Of a DNA stretch of 64,000 bases, positions 40,270 to 50,173 are shown in pieces. Below the pieces are notes generated by a model, which saw nothing but the letters and a program-made list of their open reading frames with translations, was not told the origin of the DNA and made no database searches. The translations under genes were made by a program, and so were the position numbers. The DNA lies in NCBI GenBank assembly GCA_964537975.1, contig CAZIDP010000021.1, positions 4,264 through 68,263 of the forward strand, in the 5' to 3' direction. Source of the stretch: an uncultured Nitrospirales bacterium (GTDB lineage Bacteria; Hydrogenedentota; Hydrogenedentia; Hydrogenedentales; SCBR16-9). Position 1 is the stretch's first letter. The number at the start of each line of letters is the position of its first letter.

Positions 40270-40743
40270 ATGTTGCTGAGTGAAGTGCTGCGTCCCGACC
40301 TGATCAAGGTACGTCTGGAGGCAGAAAATAAACGTGAAGCCATTCGTGAATTGGTAGATGTCCTTGTCCAGCAGCATGATGTTCCTATGATTCGAAGAAA
40401 TGATATCATCGACGCAGTCTTTGAACGGGAAGCTATAATCGGAACCGGTATGGAAAAAGGCATAGCCATACCACACGCGTCAACCAATCATGTGGAAGAT
40501 GTTCTATGTGCCCTGGGCACTGCACCACAAGGAATACCGTTTGAATCGCTCGATGGCTTGCCTGCAAAGCTGGTAATTCTTCTTTTGGTTCCCAAGAAGC
40601 AGTACGCAGAAAAAGTAAAAACACTTGCCGCCATAGCGCATTTACTGGAAGAGGAACATAGCAAAAATAAAATCATTATGATGGAAGACTCCAGTGAAAT
40701 ATATGATTTTATAGAACAACAAGATAAAATGTTTGTTGGATAA
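40270..40743 (+). CDS. PTS EIIA (fructose/nitrogen-type, PtsN-like) regulatory protein
   Basis: EIIA-Ntr fold with the phosphorylatable His in GIAIPHA. 157 aa. It starts 15 nt after the stop of subunit D. Confidence 0.75.
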   Translation: MLLSEVLRPDLIKVRLEAENKREAIRELVDVLVQQHDVPMIRRNDIIDAVFEREAIIGTGMEKGIAIPHASTNHVEDVLCALGTAPQGIPFESLDGLPAKLVILLLVPKKQYAEKVKTLAAIAHLLEEEHSKNKIIMMEDSSEIYDFIEQQDKMFVG

Positions 40744-40778
40744 ATCAGACAAATATTAATTCAATCAATGAAATCTGG

Positions 40779-40815
40779 GCCTCGGTGTAACAGCCGGGGC
40801 TCTTTGTAATTTCTT
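40779..40815 (+). terminator. Candidate intrinsic terminator after the V-ATPase and ptsN-like operon
   Basis: Stem GCCTCGG, loop tgtaacag, CCGGGGC (one G-U pair), followed by TCTTTGTAATTTCTT. Confidence 0.35.
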
Positions 40816-40914
40816 ACTTCATCACAGTCTTTCAAAAAAAAGCTTGCAGACCTGTGTTGTCTCTTTGGTTGGAAAAGCAGCTATGCTCCGCAATCGTTTC
40901 AGTGCATTGTACTT

Positions 40915-41889
40915 TTATTTTATTGATGCGGGATCGGTCTTGCTGATCATCAGTGCAAGTTCCGGATTCTCTGCGTGCGCGTTCAATTTCGTAAACAGGT
41001 CTTTGAATATTGGGTTCCTATAAATCATCCGTACCGTCCGGATAAAATGTCGTCGGGGATCGTGACTATAAGTCCGGTTGGGATTCAAAATGGGGCTGTG
41101 AACCACTTCCGAAGGCAGCCAATGGCTGTTGATGAGCCAGGCGATAGCAGAGATATCCCATATCTCCTTGCTCCAGGCAAAATGGTCGTTGCTGTAGTCA
41201 CAGAACGTTTCCAGAAGAAAATCACAGATGGTACTTTTCCCTTTCAGGTTGGCTTCCAGCTCTGGCACGGTCGTCAGGAGATGTGAAGAAACTCCCAGGC
41301 AGGGCACCTGCACCAATGGCACACCACAATCAAATACAACCTGCGCCGCGGTGACATCCTGATTCAAGTTAAATTCCAAGGTGTCCGGCCAATACAATGG
41401 GTTGCCACCTAGCCATACAATAACAATGTGCTTTATGATTTCCGGCTCAAGCAGGATTGCAGATGCCACATTGGTTATAGCGCCGATGGCTACTACATAC
41501 AGCGGATCATCTTCCGGGGTAGACAAAGCACGATGAATCAAATCACGTGCTGCCGGAGTGTCATAAGGTTGAACTCCCTCTTCGAGATAACCTGTCGAAC
41601 CTTTGTATACCAGCCCTTCCGGGTCTACATCCATCCTGTCCAGCAGACGAAGTATTTCATCATAACTTTTTTCCATACCGTCTTTCGGGCCGGTAGACTT
41701 GTCATTCCAGAACGGGGCAGCATATATGGCTTCCAGCTTCATGCTTTCCGGTGACAGCAGGGCGTACACCAATGCGAACTGGTCGTCTATCTCGTTGTAC
41801 GTGTCTGTATCCAGTACCATACGCACCCTGCGCGCAGGTGGAGCCAGACGGATCAGCCGAAGGGGTTCTGAAATTTCTGGGTATTGCAT
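40915..41889 (-). CDS. Nucleoside hydrolase (IU-NH family)
   Basis: N-terminal aspartate cluster VLDTDTYNEIDD (DxDxxxDD). Confidence 0.85.
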   Translation of the reverse strand: MQYPEISEPLRLIRLAPPARRVRMVLDTDTYNEIDDQFALVYALLSPESMKLEAIYAAPFWNDKSTGPKDGMEKSYDEILRLLDRMDVDPEGLVYKGSTGYLEEGVQPYDTPAARDLIHRALSTPEDDPLYVVAIGAITNVASAILLEPEIIKHIVIVWLGGNPLYWPDTLEFNLNQDVTAAQVVFDCGVPLVQVPCLGVSSHLLTTVPELEANLKGKSTICDFLLETFCDYSNDHFAWSKEIWDISAIAWLINSHWLPSEVVHSPILNPNRTYSHDPRRHFIRTVRMIYRNPIFKDLFTKLNAHAENPELALMISKTDPASIK

Positions 41890-41963
41890 GTCAACTCCAA
41901 TCGTGTTATATAAAGAACATTGCGGTGTCTTGTAAATATTGTAAAGTATGATTTTCTGACAGA

Positions 41964-44558
41964 TTACTCGTTAGTATCATGTTGTTCCACATCCTGGAGC
42001 AGGAGCATGGAAGCACCCCCGGAATATACATCGTCTTGCACCATTACGCTGATACGACGGGCCTCAGTTATCGGAGCGTACTTGCCTTCAAAAGGATCGT
42101 AATATGAAGTCAACTCCGCACTGGGCAGATGCAGTGTGTAGTGTGTTCCATCTGATTGCATGCGGTACAATTTTGGGCTGTCAGGCGTTATTTTACACAG
42201 CACATCGACATCTGAGTGCGTAGTGCCCTGGGCATCAATCACTTTCGCCCGTACAATCAGGTCCCCCTCGAAACTTATTTCTGAATCCAAACGCAAAGCT
42301 AGTATCGTTGACATACCGTGTGCCAATGCATATGCCTTTTTCAACATTACAGGTTTGGCATCCAAGTCTTCCTGCTCAAGGAATTCGCGGTGCTTGGTCA
42401 GGAATGCTGTATCGGCTCCAGCAACACGCCACGCTTCAAATGCTGTCTGTGCAGCATCAATAGCTTGCATACGCTGTTCATTGTCGGTCTCTGGTGTAAA
42501 CCATATCAATTGTGTACCGTTCGGTTCCAGTTCTACCGCGGCATATCCAGTTGAATCCGTTACGATTTCCTCATGTGTTGCTCCGTTATACACCTGCCAG
42601 GCGATATCGGCAGATTCTGCAGGTTGCAAAGATAAATTCACGCTGGTATCTCTGTTGTTGATGAGCACTGTCATCAGCGAAAAGCCATCGGTCAGTGGCA
42701 GTACTGTTACCTGGTGCGCGGCAGCTCCTTCCAGAATACGTATTGGATGAATCTGCTCCGTGGAGAGGTGTTGTTGTATTACAGTTACGATGTTATCAAA
42801 ATCAACTGGATTTATGGTATGTGGCCATTCCCAGGCGCCTGTACCAGTCTGGAATCGATTCACAATGGTACGTGATGTTTCCAGTGGTGGCACTTCCAGT
42901 TTTGTAAGATTAACATGATTTATAATGGCGGAGTGCAAGCTGTCTGGCAGGGGATACCCAAACATGTCTACAGTGGGATGCTCTCCCCAGGATAAAACTC
43001 GGCCCCCGGCTTGCAGATATGCAAGTAAAGACTTTGCGGATTCCTCAGACACATGTCTGTTCTCAATGCTTATGACAAGGGGGATTTGATTTGCCTGTTC
43101 TGGCGAAAGCAAGGCATCACCAAGTATGGTCGCGTGCCAGTGATTGTCTAGCATATCATGAAAAAATGCTGTCCAGCGTTGATTCCAGCCCGTTACCCAT
43201 TCTGTATCGGACACATACAAACCAATCCGTGGCTGGACACGTGCCATTCCTGCCAACAAAGGCTGGGCATTATGAATCTCCTGAAATACCTCAGCCACAG
43301 TTGTTTCAGTGGGCGTATCTTTGATAAACCATTCTCCATCGCCAAGGGAAGCTCGCCAATGTATCGGCCCGATGTGGTTTACTCCCATACCCAGGCACTC
43401 ATATACCAGTCGCCGCAGCATGACGGGGGTAAAGGTGCGGCCTCCACCTCGGGCCGTTTCATCCAGCGTCTTGTTGCCCAGGCGCGGCACACTTAAAGGT
43501 TGACCATAGGCACTGAGTACTGTCATAAAGAGCAAGTTCAAGCGTTCTTCATCATCGTCAATGCTGATGTGCCCCATCTCGAAGCCATCACAGGCACCCA
43601 CCATCAGAGACGGTGATACTCCCAACCCGCGACGATGGCCCCCGCTGAATGGATTACCGTGTGTAGGAAATAGCACGGGGCGTTGTTTAGAATCCGTTGC
43701 GATAAAATCGGTCATATAAATTGCTGCACGGTCTGCCATGGCCTGTTCACGGAAGTGATACCAGGCCAGCCAGGTAGGGTTCGGGGCATTGCCCAGTGTT
43801 TTATGCATATCATCATGGTCTATCTCCAATGCCCTGTGTTTCAACCAAATTCGGAATTGGTTGAGAAATGCCGGGCGATAATCTCCAAGTGGTAAACCGA
43901 AATAATCCGGATAGGATTCTTCAGAACCGATGACCCAGGAATGAATTGAATTGTAATCTTTCAGATGAGTCACAGCAGAACGGATATAGGTAGAAGCCAG
44001 CCGTGTTATCACATCATCGCAAATAGCTGGTGTCAGACTCTCTATACCACGTATCGGATTGATACTGGTTGTTATCAGATTGCCTTCGATATCGCGCATA
44101 TAGGAGTCTGGATTACGCTGGATAAACAATTCCGGATAATAGGTAAAAAAGGGATTGTTCCGTTCCCCCAGAGAAACTTCCACTGCGTGCCCCCTGGGTT
44201 CAGTATATTCCAGAAGGTCCTTGAATTCTGTAAAATCGGTATTCACTTCAGCGCCGAGGGGACTGCTTTCATCTTCTATCAAGTGCAGGTTCCGTATGAT
44301 ATAGGTGGCATTCGCGTGCACCCGTTCGACACTGGATTCCATGTCAGAGGCATTGTCAAATACACTGAGCATATTGCCTGGCTGCGCAAACCATACCCAA
44401 TAGGGTGCCTGTAATTCTTTTTTGTAAGACTGGTTTTGTCTTTTCTCATGCGAACTTTCGATGATTTCATGGGTGTTTACATGAAATAAAGAGCAGCATA
44501 GGGAGACTAAAAACATGTTACACATGGTGTTACTCCTGAAGTAGGTGTGTCTTGTCAA
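41964..44558 (-). CDS. Putative glycoside hydrolase, GH42-like (TIM barrel plus glutamine-amidotransferase-like trimerisation domain); possibly secreted
   Basis: 864 aa. The central block IGLYVSDTEW...LVISIENRHVSEESAKSLLAYLQAGGRVLSWGEHP resembles the GH42 middle domain. It sits in a sugar-transporter operon. Family call is tentative. Confidence 0.45.
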   Translation of the reverse strand: MTRHTYFRSNTMCNMFLVSLCCSLFHVNTHEIIESSHEKRQNQSYKKELQAPYWVWFAQPGNMLSVFDNASDMESSVERVHANATYIIRNLHLIEDESSPLGAEVNTDFTEFKDLLEYTEPRGHAVEVSLGERNNPFFTYYPELFIQRNPDSYMRDIEGNLITTSINPIRGIESLTPAICDDVITRLASTYIRSAVTHLKDYNSIHSWVIGSEESYPDYFGLPLGDYRPAFLNQFRIWLKHRALEIDHDDMHKTLGNAPNPTWLAWYHFREQAMADRAAIYMTDFIATDSKQRPVLFPTHGNPFSGGHRRGLGVSPSLMVGACDGFEMGHISIDDDEERLNLLFMTVLSAYGQPLSVPRLGNKTLDETARGGGRTFTPVMLRRLVYECLGMGVNHIGPIHWRASLGDGEWFIKDTPTETTVAEVFQEIHNAQPLLAGMARVQPRIGLYVSDTEWVTGWNQRWTAFFHDMLDNHWHATILGDALLSPEQANQIPLVISIENRHVSEESAKSLLAYLQAGGRVLSWGEHPTVDMFGYPLPDSLHSAIINHVNLTKLEVPPLETSRTIVNRFQTGTGAWEWPHTINPVDFDNIVTVIQQHLSTEQIHPIRILEGAAAHQVTVLPLTDGFSLMTVLINNRDTSVNLSLQPAESADIAWQVYNGATHEEIVTDSTGYAAVELEPNGTQLIWFTPETDNEQRMQAIDAAQTAFEAWRVAGADTAFLTKHREFLEQEDLDAKPVMLKKAYALAHGMSTILALRLDSEISFEGDLIVRAKVIDAQGTTHSDVDVLCKITPDSPKLYRMQSDGTHYTLHLPSAELTSYYDPFEGKYAPITEARRISVMVQDDVYSGGASMLLLQDVEQHDTNE

Positions 44559-44564
44559 AATCAG

Positions 44565-45461
44565 TTACATCTTTATGGCACCGGAGGAAATTCCCTCAAT
44601 GAAAAGGCGCATGGAAAAAAGAAACAGAAGCACAAGTGGAACCGCAGCCATAACATAACCGGCCATCAGTGGTCCATACTCCACATAGTTCTGTCCCTCC
44701 AGATAGCGTAAACCTACGGATACCGTGTAGTTGTCGCGCTGCAGGACAATGAGTGGCCAGACAAAGTCGTTCCACAAGGTGACCACATTGATTACCGCCA
44801 TGGTAGCAATGATCGGCATCGCCAACGGCAGTGCTACATGACGATATATTTGGAAACGGGAAGCGCCATCGATCCGTGCGGCCTCCACCAGGGCATCTGG
44901 CTGGGCCTCGAAAAATTGCCGGAAAATAAAAACCATCATAACTTGACCACCAGCCATCGCCGGCAGTATCAATGCCCATAGCGTATTCAGCAAACGCAAC
45001 TCCACCTGTATACCCGGTACCATGTCATTCATCATCGAACTGATAGCACGTAAAACCGCATCGATTTGGGTCACCAGTACATAAAGGGGAATCAGATTTA
45101 AAATACCCGGAACCATCATCAGCAGGATAATATAGAGGTAACAGATGTCCCTACCGAAAAACCGGAACTGAGCCAGATAGAATGCAGTCAGAGAACCGAG
45201 GAACACAGTCATGAAAGTTGCAGTAACAGCCACAAAAATGGTTCGGCCAATGTAAGGGCCGACATACCCCCAGGCATGCACATAATTTGAGAAATGCAAG
45301 GGCCAGGTAGGCACATAGGGATGCTGCGCAAACTGGGTCATATCCTTGAAGCTGATTACCACCATGAAATAAACCGGCAGCAACACAAAAAACGAGACAC
45401 CCCCCAGAATTCCAACCTTCAATATCTCTGGCAATGCTGTTTGTCTGATCATCGAATGCAT
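44565..45461 (-). CDS. Carbohydrate ABC transporter permease (MalG-like)
   Basis: EAA loop EAARIDGASRFQIYRHVALPLAMP. 6 TM. Confidence 0.85.
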   Translation of the reverse strand: MHSMIRQTALPEILKVGILGGVSFFVLLPVYFMVVISFKDMTQFAQHPYVPTWPLHFSNYVHAWGYVGPYIGRTIFVAVTATFMTVFLGSLTAFYLAQFRFFGRDICYLYIILLMMVPGILNLIPLYVLVTQIDAVLRAISSMMNDMVPGIQVELRLLNTLWALILPAMAGGQVMMVFIFRQFFEAQPDALVEAARIDGASRFQIYRHVALPLAMPIIATMAVINVVTLWNDFVWPLIVLQRDNYTVSVGLRYLEGQNYVEYGPLMAGYVMAAVPLVLLFLFSMRLFIEGISSGAIKM

Positions 45462-45471
45462 GATGCCGGTC

Positions 45472-48400
45472 TCATTTCGTTCTGTCTGCGGTGATGTAGC
45501 GCAGGTTAAAGAAGGTCAGAAGCAGAATCACCAGGAACATTGCGACACCCAGTGCCGCTGCATATCCCATCTGGCCATGACTGAACGCGCTCTGGTACAT
45601 CCATAACCCCGGGAGCATGGAAGCATTGTTCGGACCACCACGAGTAAGTATCAGGGGCAGCCAGAAATCCTGAATGGTTCCGATGGTGATCAACACAATG
45701 TTCAACTTGATTTGGCCCATGATTAAAGGCATCTCGATTGCCCAGAAGCGCCTGAACAGACCACAACCATCAATACGCGCCGCTTCAAATACGGATCGGT
45801 CGATGCTTTGTAAACCAGCCAGTAGAATCAACACACCGATGGTAGATATCCAGGGGAACCCCAGGAAGAGCAATGCCGGGACAACGGTTTCTTCTGTGCC
45901 CAGCCAGTTGACAGGTGCCCGAATGATATTGAGTTGCAGTAATGTCCAGTTCAACACACCACCATCCATGCGGTAAAAGTATTTCCAGACCAGCAGTCCC
46001 ACCATGCCAGGAATTGCCATCGGTAGTACGAATATCACCCGAAAAGTGTATTGCATATGGGTGTTGGCCAGATGAAACAGGACGACAGCAACAATGATTG
46101 ATGGTATAAATTTGATGAGATTGGCAACAAGAAAAACCAACATCACACGCACCGATTTATGCAGCACATCATCGGAAAGCATCGCTCTGAAATTCTCCAG
46201 TCCAATATACTCAGCGATGTCACTGCCGTTCCACAGAAAAAATGCATGATAAATGGCCGATAATGCCGGGGTATACGAAAATATACCCATCAGGAGTAGT
46301 GTTGGTATCAAAACCCGAATGTACTTGAAGTCGCTGATGATGCGCCCCAACACACCAAACCAAAGCAGGGACAATGTTATCAAACCAATCAGCAGAACTA
46401 GGCCGATGCGCAACACGGTTGCCAGTTGCTTCTGCTCTCGGTAACTCATGCCGCTGCTTTCATATCGGGCGAGGTGTTCCGTCTCTGGCATCAGCCCTTC
46501 AAAACGGGATATCATGCCCCAGTTGTCAATAATGCTGCGCCAGTATTTGGACAATTCCTCCTCTAACTGTTTTATGTCAGCAGGCTCTACTGGCGTTTGA
46601 GGCGCATGTATTTCTCGAAACAATCCCAACCAACGATTCTGTGTCCGCTTCAACTCCCGTTTCAAATCTTCCGGATACTCGCGAACTACGCGATGATATG
46701 CGTATTCAAAATACTCCTGCAATCCATTCAGAAACTGTTGTAACTGTTCTTCCCGCCAGGCCGCGTATTCCTCCGGTGATCCTCCGGTCAGACGCTCATA
46801 ATAGGTATGATTGGGAATGCTCCCCAACAGCCGCGCCAGTTCGTTCCATAATTTGTCGCGGGCGTCGATCCAGTAAGGCTCCTTGGTGATCCCGATAGTG
46901 TAGGGATCGAACCAAACCATGTGCGTACCTCTGCGGTTCATTCGGGTTAAAAATGGTTCGAGCCTGTCTGGTACAGGAATACCACGAATCGGTGACATGC
47001 AAACCGCGTCTTCACTCAGAATTGCCTGGGCCTCGGGCGAAGTGAAGTACATAAGGAAATCCAGCGCCGCGTCCAGTGCGCCTTTGTCGCGTGTATTGGC
47101 AGGAACACCAAATTCAAATGCAGAAAGGCTGAATTCCTCTGCGTATTCGCCGTCATAGTAAGGTGATTCCTTCAGCAGAGGAAAAGGAAAAACACCCAAC
47201 TCAAAGTCACACATCTGCTCAAGGCTACTCATGTCCGTGCTGACCCAAAACAGAGTTGCAGCACGTCCAGAAGCAAACGCTTCAAAGGCTTGTTGTAAAT
47301 CCAGAGAAGTCGCGCCCGGTACCCAGTACTCACTTTTTTCATACAACAGCCGCCAGGGTTCAGCCAGGTTGAGTTCGCTCAAGTCCAAGCGGCCTTGGAC
47401 CATTGCCTGAGCTATTTCGTATGGCTCGGGGTAATCATCCGGGAAATAGGTATCATAGCGCGAAATAAGATTGTCATAGAGTTGCTTGCGATAATAGGGA
47501 AGCTGCCAGATGATTGGCGCGGGATCGGGAAAAAAGTTACTGACTTCACCATAGACCCCAATCGCTTTCAACGCTTCAAATGCATGAATCAGTTCCGCCC
47601 AGGTCTCCGGTTCATCAACCAGTTCATTGCCGTTTTCATCTAGTATGGGGTTCCCGGAAGCGTCACGCTGTATAATTCCGGCACGACGAAACACGTCCCT
47701 GTTATAAAAGTATGCGGTGTTTTCGCTGGCCCACGAAATGATCCAGTTACGGCGGTATACCGGATCACGGGCGTTAAGAATAAATTGCGGGTAATACATC
47801 TCTGACCAGCGCATGCCGGTATATGGGTTAAGCTGCTCTAGATGCTCTGTCATGTCTACCAGCTTGCCCTGGTATGCACCATACCGGATGGCAGAACCAT
47901 TGTCGATCATCACAATGTCCGGAATCTCCCGGCCAAGCATTTGGCTCTGAAGCCAGTCATGGTAACCTCCATAAGGCAAATCTACCAGACGAATATGTAC
48001 ATTTTCACTTTGCGCTTCATATCGCCGCACGATTTCTTCAATCCCACGGCGCATGCCCGCCTTCTCCAGTATCCAAAAACTTATCCGTAACTCGATGGGT
48101 GTATCAGACACATACCGGTGTGCTGTCATGGGGATGGGAGTAGGGTCCAGGCCTTCAGCAAAGTCCTGATCATAGGAAGCTTCCAATTCATCCAGCCTGT
48201 CGAGTACACGAAAAATCCAGCCGCCCCCTTTTCCTTCATCCAGTATTTGTCGGTAGGTGGCCTCTGCGGTGTCATACAGTCCAGCTTGCTGCAGCAAGCG
48301 TCCGCGAGCATACAAGAAACCCAACCGCTCCTCCAGAGTGTGGGTAAGCTCCGTTGTTTCGTACGCTTTTAAATACCAGGCAGCAGCCCGGTCTGTATCC

Positions 48401-48924
48401 TCCAACCTGTGCAGGTACAATTCTGCCAGTAACATGGCAGCATAACCACTAAGGTATCTGCCACCAGCCTCGGAAAAGACCGTAAGAAAGCAGGACTCTG
48501 CTTCCAGAATATTGGCGTCAGCCGGATCATGCAATGCAGCAAGACCTTGTATGAATGCTGCCGTTATGCGATGGGGTGAGTTCGGATACTCCGTGTGGTG
48601 TCCTGCCATCAGGTGGCGCACCAACCTGAATTCGGGGATTGGACGCACCCAGGCAGCCCAACCCCGCAGAAAATCAATCGTAGCCAATTCCGTTTCGTCC
48701 GCATCGTCCAAAGAAAGCGCGGAATTAAAACGATCAATGGCACTGTCGCTGTCGAATGGGGTATTGATACCGACATCGAGAAAGTCAAAACCTTGTTGCA
48801 GCAAACGTGCCGACTGGGTCATGTCAGGATAGGAATGCTCTCGCGGCAGGTTCATTCCTATCCCGACTGACACCAAGCTGAAGATGATCAAAGTAAACAG
48901 GATTCGATGGATGATTATCTTCAC
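45472..48924 (-). CDS. Fusion protein: signal anchor, TPR-like region, family-1 solute-binding domain, and C-terminal MalF-like ABC permease domain
   Basis: Single 1150-aa ORF. The N-terminal roughly 800 aa look extracytoplasmic and solute-binding-protein-like. The last roughly 330 aa carry 6 TM helices and the EAA loop EAARIDGCGLFRRFWAIEMPL. Confidence 0.7.
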   Translation of the reverse strand: MKIIIHRILFTLIIFSLVSVGIGMNLPREHSYPDMTQSARLLQQGFDFLDVGINTPFDSDSAIDRFNSALSLDDADETELATIDFLRGWAAWVRPIPEFRLVRHLMAGHHTEYPNSPHRITAAFIQGLAALHDPADANILEAESCFLTVFSEAGGRYLSGYAAMLLAELYLHRLEDTDRAAAWYLKAYETTELTHTLEERLGFLYARGRLLQQAGLYDTAEATYRQILDEGKGGGWIFRVLDRLDELEASYDQDFAEGLDPTPIPMTAHRYVSDTPIELRISFWILEKAGMRRGIEEIVRRYEAQSENVHIRLVDLPYGGYHDWLQSQMLGREIPDIVMIDNGSAIRYGAYQGKLVDMTEHLEQLNPYTGMRWSEMYYPQFILNARDPVYRRNWIISWASENTAYFYNRDVFRRAGIIQRDASGNPILDENGNELVDEPETWAELIHAFEALKAIGVYGEVSNFFPDPAPIIWQLPYYRKQLYDNLISRYDTYFPDDYPEPYEIAQAMVQGRLDLSELNLAEPWRLLYEKSEYWVPGATSLDLQQAFEAFASGRAATLFWVSTDMSSLEQMCDFELGVFPFPLLKESPYYDGEYAEEFSLSAFEFGVPANTRDKGALDAALDFLMYFTSPEAQAILSEDAVCMSPIRGIPVPDRLEPFLTRMNRRGTHMVWFDPYTIGITKEPYWIDARDKLWNELARLLGSIPNHTYYERLTGGSPEEYAAWREEQLQQFLNGLQEYFEYAYHRVVREYPEDLKRELKRTQNRWLGLFREIHAPQTPVEPADIKQLEEELSKYWRSIIDNWGMISRFEGLMPETEHLARYESSGMSYREQKQLATVLRIGLVLLIGLITLSLLWFGVLGRIISDFKYIRVLIPTLLLMGIFSYTPALSAIYHAFFLWNGSDIAEYIGLENFRAMLSDDVLHKSVRVMLVFLVANLIKFIPSIIVAVVLFHLANTHMQYTFRVIFVLPMAIPGMVGLLVWKYFYRMDGGVLNWTLLQLNIIRAPVNWLGTEETVVPALLFLGFPWISTIGVLILLAGLQSIDRSVFEAARIDGCGLFRRFWAIEMPLIMGQIKLNIVLITIGTIQDFWLPLILTRGGPNNASMLPGLWMYQSAFSHGQMGYAAALGVAMFLVILLLTFFNLRYITADRTK

Positions 48925-48990
48925 ACTGTGCCCTTATCTCTTCAGTTGTTGTCCTGGATTTCCATGTATGCTTTTTTATACACGAAATTA

Positions 48991-50061
48991 TCAGCCCATG
49001 CCACCATAAACATGCGACCAACCACTGAAATTGTCTCCTGGAATCCAGGTTCCTGGTTGTGGAGCGGCATCAAATGGAGGTGGTCCCGGTTTGCTGTACC
49101 GTGAAAACTCGACATGCCCATCCATGTACAAGATATTAATTCCTCCGGGAACATGGTTAAAGATCAATATCGCGCCTCGTCCCTGTGCGAATTGATCTGC
49201 ATTGTCATTGCGACCATAGGCGTCCCACATTACAGGTAAGGTAGTTTGTGCCTGGGCTGCCGCTCCGGGATTGTTGATGTCGGTAATGAAGAAACGCTCC
49301 ACACCTTCTTTAAGCCGGTTGTAGCTCTTGGGTACCGGTGTTACCCCGTCATCATCCATGGCGCCATCCCACCAGGTCAAAAAGTTCAAAATATTGGGTA
49401 TGTCCTGATCACCCGCGTTGTGTCGGTGTACGATTCCCACAGAAGAACTCGGTCCGCCTACTGCAGCAATCAAATTCTGATCCCATAATTCTTCTTTGAT
49501 GTTGTTCTCATACTGCCACGCCAGGCTGACATAATGGAATGCCGCCATCATCTGGCTGGAGGTGCGGGTAGCATAGGGATTGTACACATAAGAAATCGGA
49601 TGGGATAGAATGGCGTGTCGAACCAGTTTGGCAGCTTGTGGGTTGATATTGTCATTGATATTATTCACTTGCGCCGCAATGTCATCATCAAATCCAGGCC
49701 AGGGTGACTGAAAACCCACGGAGTCTGCGCCTTCCCAGTCGGAACGGCTGTCCGATGGACAAATCATGATATTGGGGTCGTTCCAGTAATCCGGGTAAAT
49801 GTCCGTGCTGTTCACACCACGCCACCAGGTCCATCCATTGAGCTTGGGGCCACCGCCACCGGGAAACATGCCGGCACGGTTTTCCGATGAGTACATTTTA
49901 AAGATAAGCCCCCATTGCTTCAGATTGTTGGCGCATGACGCACGCCGTGCCGCTTCTCTTGCGCGTGCCAGTGCTGGCAGCAGAATAGCTGCCAGAATGC
50001 CGATGATGGCAATTACCACCAGCAACTCGATGAGTGTAAAGCCCTTTCGTTGTCGTTTCAT
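48991..50061 (-). CDS. DUF1559 (H-X9-DG) protein with an N-terminal prepilin-type cleavage/methylation motif
   Basis: [26 protein letters not shown]...SCANNLKQ... and the C-terminal [15 protein letters not shown] motif. This family is highly expanded in Planctomycetota. GGAGGA RBS before the ATG at 50061. Confidence 0.8.
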   Translation of the reverse strand: MKRQRKGFTLIELLVVIAIIGILAAILLPALARAREAARRASCANNLKQWGLIFKMYSSENRAGMFPGGGGPKLNGWTWWRGVNSTDIYPDYWNDPNIMICPSDSRSDWEGADSVGFQSPWPGFDDDIAAQVNNINDNINPQAAKLVRHAILSHPISYVYNPYATRTSSQMMAAFHYVSLAWQYENNIKEELWDQNLIAAVGGPSSSVGIVHRHNAGDQDIPNILNFLTWWDGAMDDDGVTPVPKSYNRLKEGVERFFITDINNPGAAAQAQTTLPVMWDAYGRNDNADQFAQGRGAILIFNHVPGGINILYMDGHVEFSRYSKPGPPPFDAAPQPGTWIPGDNFSGWSHVYGGMG

Positions 50062-50173
50062 AACCAGGTCCTCCAAGTTATCCGTGATAGTTATACCCAC
50101 ACGGAAGCGCACAGTGCGCCACCGCAATAGTACCGTTATAGGTTAACCGGTTCAGCAAGCAGGGCAAAAAAAC

